A DNA stretch of 64,000 nucleotides. It comes from Octopus sinensis (taxonomy: Eukaryota). The position numbers and the translations under genes were made by a program. Below the pieces are notes generated by a model. That model searched no databases, was not told where the DNA came from, and worked only from the letters and a program-made list of their open reading frames with translations. Below are positions 12,976 to 25,340 of this stretch, piece by piece; positions within the stretch are counted from its first letter, which is position 1, and the number at the start of each line of letters is the position of its first letter. The DNA is taken from NCBI RefSeq assembly GCF_006345805.1, contig NC_042998.1, positions 164,362,001 to 164,426,000 on the forward strand, given 5' to 3'.

Positions 12976-13479
12976 CTAGCAGTATCGCCCGGCGTTGCTC
13001 GGGTTTGTAAGGGAAATAACTATATAAGCATTTTTAGAGAGTTACTTCCTTTATAGATGCCAATTCGGGCTTTCTTAGCCATTTCTGTTTTGGTGTCCTC
13101 AAGCCATGAAGTCGTTGTTCTAAAAGAACACTGGTCTCCTTGACAACGCATTACGACGTTGATTTCCTTAAACTCCCTTCGAGGGAGAGAAGAAGGGGGA
13201 GAAGCAAACACAGGTGCAGGTGTTTGAGCGTGGACGCCAACTCTGCCGCCATCGACACACGAAAAATTATGCATTAAAATGGAATAAAAAATTATGTTAA
13301 ATTATTTTTAAAATCGTAGACTTATCGTAGACGCGCGCTAATACTCAGACGGGCTCGATGTGAATCACGACTATAAGATACCCGAATTTGGTTAAACTGC
13401 ACCGCAAAATGTGGGAGGAGTTAGGAATCTAAATCGTAGGAGACAGACACTCACACAACTACAGTTTTATATATAGAGA
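12976..13479 (-). mobile_element. Complete non-autonomous Helitron (504 bp)
   Basis: On the minus strand: 5' TC, subterminal hairpin CCCGAGCAACGCCGGG, 3' CTAG, inserted between A and T with no TSD. A second copy is at 44691-45163. Confidence 0.88.
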
Positions 13480-13619
13480 TATCCGTGTTTTCCAAATCAT
13501 ACACGACCAGGTTGTGTATGATTTGGAAAACATATGAAAGATATAAAACATATTCGTTTTAGTCTTCTAGGTCCACTAGAAAGGCCGACGTTATCACTTC
13601 ACAACCATTACACCTTTGC

Positions 13620-14197
13620 CGCTCCTTCTGTCACCACCATCAACACCACCACGAGGGCCAGGGACACCAAAGCCACCGCCAACGCCACCAAATGGTGCCA
13701 GAACCAATAACCATCACAACCATCACCACTTCAGTCACTGCAACCACCCCCACCCCCACAAACAAGTATCAGCTTCACCATTGCATTAGACTATATTAAA
13801 ACTTAATCCACTACAACTTGCTCCACCACCACCACTACCACCAACAGAATCGTCAACACTCACACAACCCTCACCACTACCACAACCACCACCACCACCT
13901 CCACCACCACCACACCAAAAAATCAACAACATATTTTCATTATATGAATGAATGCTTTTTAGTGCTACATCGCCATTAACAACAACAACAATAGATTACA
14001 TTGAAACTTATTCTACTACACAACTTATGCCACCACCACCACCACCGTCATTATCACCAACACCATCACCACCACCACCACCACCACCACCACCACCGTT
14101 ATTATCACCAACACCACCACCATCACCAAAAATCAACATCTTTTCATTATATGAATGAATGCTTTTTTAGTGCTACATCACTGTTAACAACAACAAC

Positions 14198-14233
<36 letters not shown>

Positions 14234-14290
14234 GCAGCAACAAAAAGAGCAACAACAGAAAAGTTGCAGCAGCAGCAGCAGCAGCAGTAA
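13620..14290. repeat. CAC/CAA-rich degenerate minisatellite with a ~200-bp duplicated unit
   Basis: ttttcattatatgaatgaatgcttttt(t)agtgctacatc occurs at about 13934 and 14141, embedded in (CAC)n/(CAA)n. Confidence 0.8.
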
Positions 14291-14759
14291 CTGCTGCCAA
14301 CTGCAATGCACAGTTATGTTGCAAGCCCATTGTTTACAGTTCAACCAGTGGAAATACATTAGCCTATGTTACATTATTAAATTCTATATGCAGCGGCGGC
14401 ACCCTACCGCGGCGCTGTGTTAAACTAAGTAGATAATCGGTAAACCATGACCAATAAATCGGGTTTCGGTTCACAGTTGTAATCGATTAGTTTTATTTTC
14501 GTCGCTTCGCAACCGATCACGTGGTTCCGGGTTCAATTCTCGATTCTTATTGCATTGTGACTTCATTTGGCGGTGGTTAAAGTAATTCGATGTTTTCTGC
14601 TGTTTATTCGAAAATATCCGCACCTTGATTGAATGCTTTGCCAGTTTGCGGGGAGTAAAATGTGGTAGGCGAAAGGAAAAGGAAACTGCACAGAAGACCG
14701 TCATGTTTGTGTGCATGTGTGAGTGTGTGCGTGTGTGTTGTGTGTGAGTGCATACATAC

Positions 14760-14810
<51 letters not shown>

Positions 14811-14875
14811 TATTATATATATAATATATATATATATACACACATACGCATATATGTGTATGTATATATATATAT

Positions 14876-15286
14876 ACTTGACTGATGAAAGAAAGCCAAG
14901 AATGAGCCGTCTTTTTTTTTTTTGCCTGTCCTTCTAATTGTTGTTTTTCTCTTGTCCGCCGCTTTGTATAATCTATCTGACCGAACGTATATATATATAT
15001 ACGTATATATATATATATATATATATGTGTGTGGTGTGTGGGTGTGGTTGTGGTGTGGTGTTGGTGTAATTGGAAGCAAAAATGCAATAGAGGGCATTAA
15101 AACGTTAGGACAGATAGACGACACAAAGGCGTTCAAGAGAAACAACAATTAGAAGGACAGGCAATAAAAAGACAGATTATTTACATTATTTGCATTTGAC
15201 GGATATTTGTGCACATCTTGTTTGTTGTTAAATATGGAACTGAAAAAAAGACAGATCATACTTGGCTTTCTTTCATCAGTCAAGTC
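14876..15286. repeat. Foldback of two inverted copies of an interspersed repeat
   Basis: 14876-14987 pairs with 15104-15175 plus 15245-15286, including a perfect 25-bp acttgactgatgaaagaaagccaag / cttggctttctttcatcagtcaagt. Confidence 0.85.
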
Positions 15287-15318
15287 ATAGAAGTCACGAC
15301 CATTACGGGCAGTTACAC

Positions 15319-15367
<49 letters not shown>

Positions 15368-15370
<3 letters not shown>

Positions 15371-15535
15371 GGAAGTTTACGAAAATAAATAAAAGACGAA
15401 GACAGGTAGTGTACAAAATACAGATGCATTAGTATAGCGCTGAGGAATAGAAAAAGTCTTTTACGTTTCGACCCTACGCTCTTCTACAGAAAGGTACACA
15501 GAAAAACAAGGAGAGAAACAAGGAGAGAGAAAAAG
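15368..15535 (-). mobile_element. Short Penelope-related repeat with hammerhead-like motif
   Basis: Same family as 53621-54120. Minus strand reads CTTT-CTGTAGA-A-GAGCGTAGGGTC-GAAA-CG-TA-AAAG. Confidence 0.55.
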
Positions 15536-15899
15536 GATATATATATATATATTCTTTTATTCTTTTAGTTGTTTCAGTCGTTTGACTGCGGCCTTATTAG
15601 AACACCGCCTTTCGTCAAACAAATCAACCCCAGGATTTTCACTACCCAGCTGTATTTATAGCACAGAATCAATCATCTTGCTACAGTCAAAAATTGTGAA
15701 GCATGACTGTCAACACTACTACATGAACCCGAAGATTGCAGAATTCAATACATGAAAGTACTAGTTCAATCAGAATGAACATTTAACATTTTACTATTTC
15801 ATTTTATTTTATTCAATTATAATATATTATCTTATAATATATCATTATAAGATTGTAAATAAAACGTGAAAATCAGACAAGGTTGGAATTCTTTCTATT

Positions 15900-15940
<41 letters not shown>

Positions 15941-16005
15941 CACGTGTGTGTGCGTGTGTGTATGTGTGCTGTGTGTGAGACCTTGTGTCTGAGTTTGTCC
16001 CCCAC

Positions 16006-16493
16006 ATGACATGCATAAGATCTGGTCATCAAATCTAAGTAGAGAGTTCAAACTTGAAATATTCAAAGCCACAGTCGAACCAATTCTACTATATGGCTCA
16101 GAAACCTGGACGTTATCAAAGAAGCTTGAGAAGCGGTTGGATGGAACCTACACTCGCCTCCTTATGAGAGCTCAAAATCTCTCGTGGAAGCGCCATCCAA
16201 CCAAAATGCAAATATATGGGAAACTACCACCTGTGCCATCTCTTGTGAAAGGTAGGAGAGTCCAGTTTGCTGGACATTGTTATAGAGCTGAAAAAGAAGT
16301 AATTTCTACTCTTCTCCTCTGGAAGCCATCTACTCGCAATACCAGAGGGCGCACACTCTCCTACCCTGATGTAATCTCCAGGGATACAGGCATCCAGCAA
16401 CATGACCTCCGTAATGCCATGATGGACCGTGAAGTCTGGCGTAGCATGGTAAATTCCATTTTCTCGACCACGGTCGAACAATGATGATGATGA
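16006..16493 (+). mobile_element. 5'-truncated RTE-clade LINE (488 bp) with 11-bp TSD, inserted into a SINE B tail
   Basis: Open 157-codon frame (KATVEPILLYGSETW..RRVQFAGHCYR..DREVWR) and a (TGA)n tail. TSD ttgtcccccac at 15995-16005 and 16494-16504. Confidence 0.93.
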
Positions 16494-16929
16494 TTGTCCC
16501 CCACCACCGCTTTACAACCAGTGTTTGCGTGCTTACCTACCTGTAAAATAGCGGTCCGTCAAAAAAGACCAATAGAGAACGTACCAGGCTTACAAAAAAC
16601 GTACTGGGGTAGATTCATTCGACTAAAATTTCTCAACGCGGTGCTCCAGCATGGTCGCAGACTAATGACTGAAAAATTTTAAAGTTAAACGATAAAAGCA
16701 TCAAAAAGTTACTAAAAATAATTATGCGACGAGGATTGGTGTTACTCATTGCCTAATTTTAGTTTCTTAGCTTCGACAGATACGGGAGGTAACTTAGAGC
16801 ATGTTTTGGCTTTATTACGTCCTCACAAGCGAATTTGTGTTATTTTCGGCACATAATTACTTTTAGTTAGCTTTTTCAATGCTACTTGTATTAAATATGG
16901 TAAAACACACACACACACACACACACACA

Positions 16930-17290
16930 TAGTGGCTGTGTGGTAAATAACTTGCTTACCAACCACATGGTTTCGGGTTCAGTCCCACTGGGTGACACCT
17001 TGGGCAAGTGTCTTCTACTATAATAGCCTCGGGTCGACCCAACCCTTGTGAGTGGATTTGATAGATGGAAGCTGAAAGAAGCCCGTCGTATATATATATA
17101 TGTATATATGTGTGTCTGTGTTTGTGTGTTTGTATTTGTCCCCCCCACCACCACCACCACATCGCTTGACAACCGATGCTGGTGTGTTTACGTCCTCGTA
17201 ACTTACCGGTTCGGCAAAAGAACCCGATAGAATAAGTACTAGGCTTACAGAGAATAAGTCCTGGGATCGATTTGCTGAAACAAGTAGAAG
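16930..17290 (+). mobile_element. SINE family B (tRNA-like head, CORE-like ccttgggcaagtgtctt, internal microsatellite, tail)
   Basis: agtggctgtgtggtaaataacttgcttaccaaccacatggtttcgggttcagtccc...(TA)n...gtccccc..cgcttgacaaccgatgctgg. Confidence 0.88.
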
Positions 17291-17565
17291 TGGAATTTTC
17301 GAAACATGTGTCGAAAGTAAAAATATTTGATTTACACCTGCGTTAACTCCATTTATTTATTCATATATTATTCAAAATATTCCACGTATATATAAGACAC
17401 CATCGAATATGTTCTTCATTGCTTACGTCCTTAGATGCAGCTATGAAGAATTGGATGCAATTTCTAGCAAATAGAGCAACCACATACAGTACTTCCATGT
17501 GGATTTGCTGCTAATCTCAGACAATAGTAAAAAACATAAAAAGACTGACAGATAAAAAGCTACAT

Positions 17566-17645
<80 letters not shown>

Positions 17646-17864
17646 ACTACTACCGCCTGTTGTTGCTTCTGATGATGCTTCTAGCATCAGCAACATCGGC
17701 ACCAGCAGCCGAGTAACAGCAGGAACAACAGCACAGTTTTAAAGACACGGCTATGTTCCACTATAAAAGAAAAGCTGTGCTTTATGTATGTATATATAAA
17801 TGTGTGTGTGAGTGTGTGTGTGTGCGTGTGTGTATAAGTGAGTGTATGTGTGTGTGTGTGTCTG

Positions 17865-17905
<41 letters not shown>

Positions 17906-17944
17906 CTATGCATACACCCATGTGTGCATGTACGTATGAATGCA

Positions 17945-17990
<46 letters not shown>

Positions 17991-18145
17991 GCATATATAC
18001 GTTTATATGTATATATACGAAAGAAAAAAGAAAATAAGAAAGAGGTATAGAGAAATAGAGACAGTGGGGGCAGTCAAGTTAAAGTGAAAGGAGGCAGTTA
18101 GATAAGCTGTAATCCATTAACTCAACCTTATGCACATTATTATTA

Positions 18146-18200
<55 letters not shown>

Positions 18201-18354
18201 TATTATTATTTTCTTTCCTTTTTTTTACACAATTTTGCTTCATTTCTTTCCCTTTTACGTGAAAGCTTCCGTTCACACTGTCTAATTACTTCAGCAGAAA
18301 GGAATACTGGTTGCGGCCATGTTTGTATTGGCTGACAACAGTAGTAGTAGTAGT

Positions 18355-18389
<35 letters not shown>

Positions 18390-18534
18390 TAGGAAGTAGT
18401 AGTAGTTGCAGCAGCAGCAGTAACACAACAACAACAACAACAACAACTATACGATATAAGAGTTTCTTCATACATGGTCGCTCGACCTGCTAGAAATGGC
18501 TGTCCCATGTCACTGTAATCCTACACATTCATAA

Positions 18535-18735
18535 ATCCTTCCTACTATAGGCACAAAGCCAGAAATTTTGCGGTAGAAGGTTAATCGATTATATCGACTC
18601 CAGTACTCGACTGGTAAGTACTTGTTTTATCGATCCCAAAAGGATGAAAGACAAAGTCGACCTCGGGGTAATTTGAACTCAGAACGCAAAGACCGATGTA
18701 ATACTGCTAAGCATTTTGTCCGACGTGCTAACATA
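18535..18735 (-). mobile_element. SINE family A
   Basis: Body and tail (cctttctactataggcacaa-type) match other copies. Confidence 0.8.
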
Positions 18736-18742
18736 ATATATA

Positions 18743-19080
18743 GGCGCATGGCTCAGTGGTTAGAGCGTCGAGCTTACGATCGTGAGGTTGTGAGCTCGAA
18801 TCCCGGACCGGGATGCGTGTTGTGTTCTTGAGCAAGGCACTTTATTTCACGTTGCTCCAGTTCACTCAACTGTAGAAATGAGTTGCGACATCACAGGTGC
18901 CAAGCTGTATCGGCCTTTGTCTTTCCCTTGGATAACACTGGTGGCGTGGAGAGGGGAGGCTGGTATGCATGGGCGACTGCTGGTCTTCCATAAACAACCT
19001 TGCCCGGACTTGTGTCTAGGAGGGTAACTTTCTAGGTGCAATCCCATGGTCATTCATGACCGAAGGGGGTCTTTACCCCT
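18743..19080 (+). mobile_element. SINE family C, near full length (tRNA-like head with A/B boxes)
   Basis: ggcgcatggctcagtggttagagcg...gctcgaatcccgg followed by ttgagcaaggcactttatttcacg. Homologue at 34188-34523. Confidence 0.88.
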
Positions 19081-19082
19081 TT

Positions 19083-19157
<75 letters not shown>

Positions 19158-19584
19158 CGTTAGCAGCCTAAATGACATGACTATCTTAGCCTTTGTTCGT
19201 AAGTTATGCTCGATCGGTGTTGACCTGGTACCAAACAACAGCAACAAAAATAATATCATTGCCGCTGCCGCCACCACCACCACCACCACAACAACAACAA
19301 CAACAGCCACTGTTGAAACCCTTCGACATGTGCTCGACATTGAAAAGTGCAGGGAAGTATCCGACAAACCACGCACTATCATCTTTAAAAAAAGAGGACG
19401 CTTTGGACAATATAATTTTGGATATACAAAAAGACGAGGTGGTCACAGCTGATTGTTTTTATTATTATTGTCTACTTGGTATGAGCTCACTTGAGCCCAA
19501 ACAACAACAACAGCAACAACAACAACAACAATATCAATATACGATAAAGCCTCTGCGTTGTTGTGAGACATAGAAATACCAACG

Positions 19585-19636
<52 letters not shown>

Positions 19637-19655
19637 CACACGTTCACTACCTTAC

Positions 19656-19757
19656 GAAAATGAAGACATATTTGGTAAGAAGAAGCGATATCAGAAGCAG
19701 AACATGCGCAAGACGCATTAAGCTGAGACATTTCTGGAGAAGTTTCGGGTGGCGCAT
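19656..19757 (-). CDS. Candidate first coding exon of a host secreted or membrane protein (signal peptide/anchor)
   Basis: ataATG (A at -3) opens MRHPKLLQKCLSLMRLAHVLLLISLLLTKYVFIF and ends at a C|GTAAGG donor (alternative AAG|GTAGTG 5 nt further). Non-repetitive context. No homology recognised. Confidence 0.35.
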
Positions 19758-20077
19758 TATGGACAAGTTCTGGAAATTTTTGGCCACACAGTACTATCAA
19801 GGAGCGTTACTTGTTTCTCGCATGGTGTACATGTAGAGCAGTCTGAACTGCAAGACATGTCCCAGATAAAGTGAAACAAACGAAACCGTCCCCACGCCCT
19901 CATTCACTGCTTGGATTAATATTGATAAAGAATTTCTTGCATGTGAGACGGGTTCAAATATCCACCGTTTCCGCAGTGAAACATCTGCCATCTTTGTTTT
20001 AACAAAAAAGGGTCTCGTAGTATTTTTGTAGAATGGAAGACACAAAAATGAATAACCCTGAGAAGATTAATTTAGGT

Positions 20078-20323
20078 CAGTGGTTCTTAACCAGAGCTGG
20101 TTGTTAAATTTATACGCAATAAATTGGTTGTACTCATACGCAATAAATTGGTTTTACATATATACAAAATATTTTTATTTTTTAATACCATTCCTAATAA
20201 TAGTTAATTATGAAAATACTGTAGGATTTCTTTTCATATACATCGAATGGCTCTGGCGGTCCAGTAGAGTAAGATGGGAATCAAAGGTGTCCACAGGTAA
20301 AAAAAAACTGTTGAGGACCACCG
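20078..20323. mobile_element. hAT-type MITE (246 bp)
   Basis: TIRs CAGTGGTTCTTAAC / GTTGAGGACCACCG with an 8-bp TSD atttaggt / atttagat (7 of 8 identical). Confidence 0.85.
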
Positions 20324-20353
20324 ATTTAGATGGGAGAAACAGAAGTACCATCA

Positions 20354-20771
20354 TATTTTTTTACTGCCAACAAGGGGCTACACACAGAGGGGACACACAA
20401 GGATAGACAAACGGATTAAGTCGATTACATCGACCCCAGTGCGTAACTGTTACTTAATTTATCGACCCCGAAAGGATGAAAGGCAAAGTCGACCTTGGCG
20501 GAATTTGAACTCAGAACGTAACGGCAGCCGAAATACCTATTTCTTTATTACCCACAAGGGACTAAACATACAGGGGAAACAACAAGGACAGACAAACGGA
20601 TTAAGTCGATTACATCGACCCCAGTGCGTAACTGTTACTTAATTTATCGACTCCGAAAGGATGAAAGGCAAAGTCGACCTCGGCGGAATTTGAACTCAGA
20701 ACGTAACGGCAGACGAAATACCGCTAAGCACTTCGCTCGGCGTGCTAACATTTCAGCCAGCTCGCCGCCTT
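20354..20771 (-). mobile_element. Head-to-tail SINE family A dimer (one full copy plus one headless copy)
   Basis: Junction gaaatacctatttc at 20530-20543. Both units share the variant aactgttact. Confidence 0.9.
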
Positions 20772-21194
20772 ACTACAAGAAGTACCATCTTGCTCAACGA
20801 TTTTATCTGGAAAAAAGAAAAGGGGAAGAAGTTGCATAGACTTGCTTTACAAAAATAGAAGTGTGTACTGTATACTTTGATAAGAGGAGCACGGGAAAAC
20901 GCACAGACCGATATTTGCCAACGTATTTTTTCCATCGACAAGGGGCAGGCAGTATGGAAGTGTTTGCCTGATGTGCCTTTAAGTGCGATGTACATACGAG
21001 GAGATGGAGAGGCCTGGTTTGCAACACAGTCCTATAGTTTGGCACTGCGAATTATGGATCTCAGGAATACGAGGAGTATATATAAAGAAAATGTCTCGAA
21101 TGTCGACTGTTGAATTGTCAAGAGTATGGAGAAGTACGAATATCTGTACTCATGAACACTAACATGTTATGTGTGCATAGACAGACAGACAGAC

Positions 21195-21227
<33 letters not shown>

Positions 21228-21232
21228 TACAT

Positions 21233-21265
<33 letters not shown>

Positions 21266-21277
21266 TAGATATATAGA

Positions 21278-21399
<122 letters not shown>

Positions 21400-21526
21400 T
21401 GTGAGTGTGTGTGTATATTCGTGCGCGCACATATAGAAACATACGTGAATGCATACGTACATTACTTATATAATAAAAAAAAGATACCTCACTCACGCGC
21501 ACAAACCTATACCGCCATACATAAGT

Positions 21527-21565
<39 letters not shown>

Positions 21566-21845
21566 TGTGTGTGTGTTTGTGTGTGTATGGGAATGCTTAT
21601 ATATTAATATATACATACATATATGTTTGGGTTAAAGAAAAGATACATATGTGTATATTTATACATATATGTGTGTGTGTGTGCACATATACATACACAC
21701 ACATCTATTCATGTATACACATGTATGTATATGTGCATGAATATATATATATATATATATGTATATGTATATCTGTGTGTGTATATATGTGTGCATGTAT
21801 GTGCATATGTATGCGTATATATCTGTATATAAGCATGTACATATA

Positions 21846-21882
<37 letters not shown>

Positions 21883-22869
21883 GCATATGTATATCTTCAT
21901 GTATACACATACGTATATCGAAAACAAACACACACACATACACATATAAAACACGAATATACATATGTCTCTCTCTCACACACACACACATACATATATC
22001 ACACACACATACATATATAACACACGCAGCATATACAGGCATAAGCGTATTCATTATTCACAGACATTCCTATACAATCGCACGCAACATTCCTTCCTCT
22101 ATCTTCACGCTATTTGTTCCTTCCACATCCGTAGTTTCCAAGTGTTGAGAATTTAACTTCACAAATCATTCTTAAGAAGTTTATTTAATCCGTTAGTATT
22201 TTTCGTTTTGTTTTGTTTGTTTCTTATCTCCTTTATTTTAAGGAAAAAAAAATTTTTGGTTTTTTCTTTTATGTTTTAGTCTTTTAGTTAGAAAGATTTC
22301 ATTTTACAGTTTTCTTTAAGCCAAACAGCTGCATAAACAGTGCAGCGTCGTTGTTGCCCTAATACATATATATTTGCAGAAACACCAGGCGAAATAATTA
22401 TGCAGATCCGATGTCGACACCGTTCCTCCTCCGCATAAGGAAAAAAAAAACAACAAAACAAAAAAACTCAAGATGACGATGACGATAGTCGTAATGGTGA
22501 TGATGATGATGATGGGGATGAGGATGAGGAGAAGGTGGAGGAAGACGACAACGACGATGAGGATGACTGCTGTACATATGTAGGTGGTGATGAGGATGAT
22601 GGTGGTGGTGATAATGGTGGTGGTAGTGGTGCTGGTTGTGCTGGTAGACGCGGCGGTGATAGTCATTGCAATGGAGGTGAAGATAATGCTCATGTCAGTG
22701 AATGCAATGATGATGATGATGATCGCGGTAGTAGTAGTGGTTGTAATGATGATGATGATGATGATGATGATAACGACGACGACGACGACGATGATGATGA
22801 TGATGATCGTGGTGGTGGTGCGGTTTTTTCTGGTTTGCATGAAGACGTATGTAGATCTGAGGTGTTGGA

Positions 22870-23260
22870 CTTATTTTTCCATAAGAGCCGGCAGTAACAT
22901 TCGCTTCAACCTGGCATGTTTACCTTATCCAGGAGTGCAAAAACAATCATTGTGGCTGAACGCAAAAATATCAGGACCACGCTTATATGATTCTTGTCAA
23001 AGTATGGCGCGCAGCCATCCTTTGATAAGATCTACACTTCATTTGCTACCGCGGATTTTCCAGCAAGATCAGTGCGCTATTTCCTGCAGAAGATTGGTTT
23101 GGAACACAGGCAAATGAAGAAAGGTACGAAGGAGCTAAAGCCAAGGCAGCAGAAATCTGTTCTAGATGGTTGTGGTTGGGAAGAGACCACAGATAGAAGT
23201 CATCTGCTGGCGAAAGATAATTCCGTCCTCAGGCGAAACATACAAGCCAAGGTGTGAAAC
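22870..23260 (+). pseudogene. Old LINE (RTE-like) 3' fragment
   Basis: Weak C-terminal motif GWEETTDRSHLL resembling RTE WE..A.DRS.WR. Confidence 0.35.
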
Positions 23261-24439
23261 ACTTGAGACCCCGAGATTCTCGAAGATTCTCTTCCATTGT
23301 GATAGATTTAGTTCCTATCAGCAGAAGAGCTTGCAGTATCTTTAAATAGCTCATACAGTCTGTGCATGAAACAAAGCACCTCTCACGGTTATTTCACACG
23401 CACGCACACACGCGCGCGCGAAACAGTTTTTATTTGAGAATGAATAAAGATATCATGAGGGGGTGTTTTACAGTTAAGCTATGTCATTTCAATATTTCAA
23501 GGACACTTCTCATAAATAAGAATATTTTTATATATCATATATATGTGTAGTGGAAATTAAGATAAATTCTGTTATTTTTCTAATATCTGTAATATCTGTA
23601 AAGATCAATGATAAGGCATAGCTACTCGTCGAATGAGAAACTTCCGCTTCAGATACAGCATATATTCTAGCACCGATCTTTTGATAACTCTTTACAAAGT
23701 TCAAGTGTAGCATTAGAAATATTGTTCCCATGTCTGTGTAACAGTGACGTCTCTTCGCACAAATACACATCAAAGATAGCCATGTGGTTGATTGGCAAGG
23801 GCTCTTTCTCTGTGTACTTTTCTGATGAGCCCACTAAATACAGTTCCCCATCTTGCCTTAATCAATCGATTTCACCACTTCCGGTTTTCCTGACTGCTCT
23901 ATTAATCTCCCGAGTTCCAATTAGCTTCCAATAGATGGACACGTATTTCTCTTCCTTTTGAGCAAACCAGAATTTTAAAACCATTATTTCTGTCGCTTTT
24001 GACATTATCATTATCGTTAAGAATTTGTCTGTACCTTGTTAAGTGACCATTTTTTTTTCCTGATTGCTACTTTCATTTCTGTTTTCATTATGTTTAACCA
24101 AAAAAGCAGGCAGGTGTTAGATAGCTTAATCGGTAACGCGCCAGACAAAAATGCTTTGCGCTATTTAGTTGTATCTCTTTACGTCCTGAGTTCAAATCAC
24201 ACCAAAGTCGACTTCGTTATATTCATTCCAGGGGTGATAAATAAGTTGCAACTAACTATTATGATCGATCTCTATCGACTAGTTCCTTCTCCCAAAAGTT
24301 TGGGTCTTGTGGCTATGTTAGCTTTCATCTTTCACCAAACATATGAAATACGTACAGCAACATTTTTTTTATTACTTTGTCTATGTTATTCAGCTCATAT
24401 CATTCCTATAAAAAACGTATCTGCATTACCTGCTCCATT

Positions 24440-25110
24440 CCAGTCACACCCATAAATATCTTCACTGAATACATTTACCGTTCGTAACCAGATTTCTATT
24501 TGATCTTTGTTCTTCGTGAACAAATTGTTATTTTTCATAAAAAGATTTCCTCTTATCTTCCGTTTTTTAAGCTGTCAGTTTCTTATTGCACATATATATC
24601 TTTATCATTCATGGCAGTAATATTTGCGGCATGAAGCAAAAGAGGTTCACACTCTCACTCGGTAAGATCTAAGCTTCAAAAATGCCTTGTTATTAACAAG
24701 GATATATTGCTTCTGCTTTTCAACAAGCCATCCATCCTCATTTCCAACTTGCTTATGCGAATATTTGTAATCTCTATCACATTTAAACATCGCTTTTATT
24801 CAAGACTGAATAATATCATAACTTTTTATAAGTAAGCTATGTCATTTCGACATTTCGATAACGCTTTCTATTTATAGTTAACAGAAAAAGTTTCTGTATA
24901 TTACAATTATTCTTTACTTCCTTTACTTTCGAATACTTTTTTTCTTCTTCTTTTTTTTGTTAAGAACTGCAAATATTCTCTACTGAAACACCTGTAAATA
25001 ACTTACAAACAAACGGTTAGACATAGCTTAGACATCAGTTCAGAACCAATTATTTAAGTTCCCAAGACAAAACTTACCATCTAATACTCAAAATAACGTT
25101 CCAGACATTC
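24440..25110 (-). pseudogene. Decayed R4/Dong-like RT fragment
   Basis: Minus-strand LFM..LFTKNKDQIEIWLRTVNVFSEDI resembles RT domains 5-7 of this clade. A homologous stretch occurs on + at about 27075-27190. Confidence 0.5.
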
Positions 25111-25136
25111 AGGTAATAATAATAATAATAATAATA

Positions 25137-25173
<37 letters not shown>

Positions 25174-25283
25174 TCAAGTAATAATAATAATAATAATGAT
25201 AATAATATAATAATAATAATGATAATAATATAATAATAATAATAATATAATAATATAATAATAATAATATAATAATAATAATG

Positions 25284-25319
<36 letters not shown>

Positions 25320-25340
25320 TATAATAATAATAATATAATA

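Noticed and set aside
18743-18815. tRNA-like sequences at SINE heads (also 34188, 47587, 31495)
   Set aside because: They have A/B boxes but continue into SINE bodies and lack a proper acceptor stem, so they are not tRNA genes.
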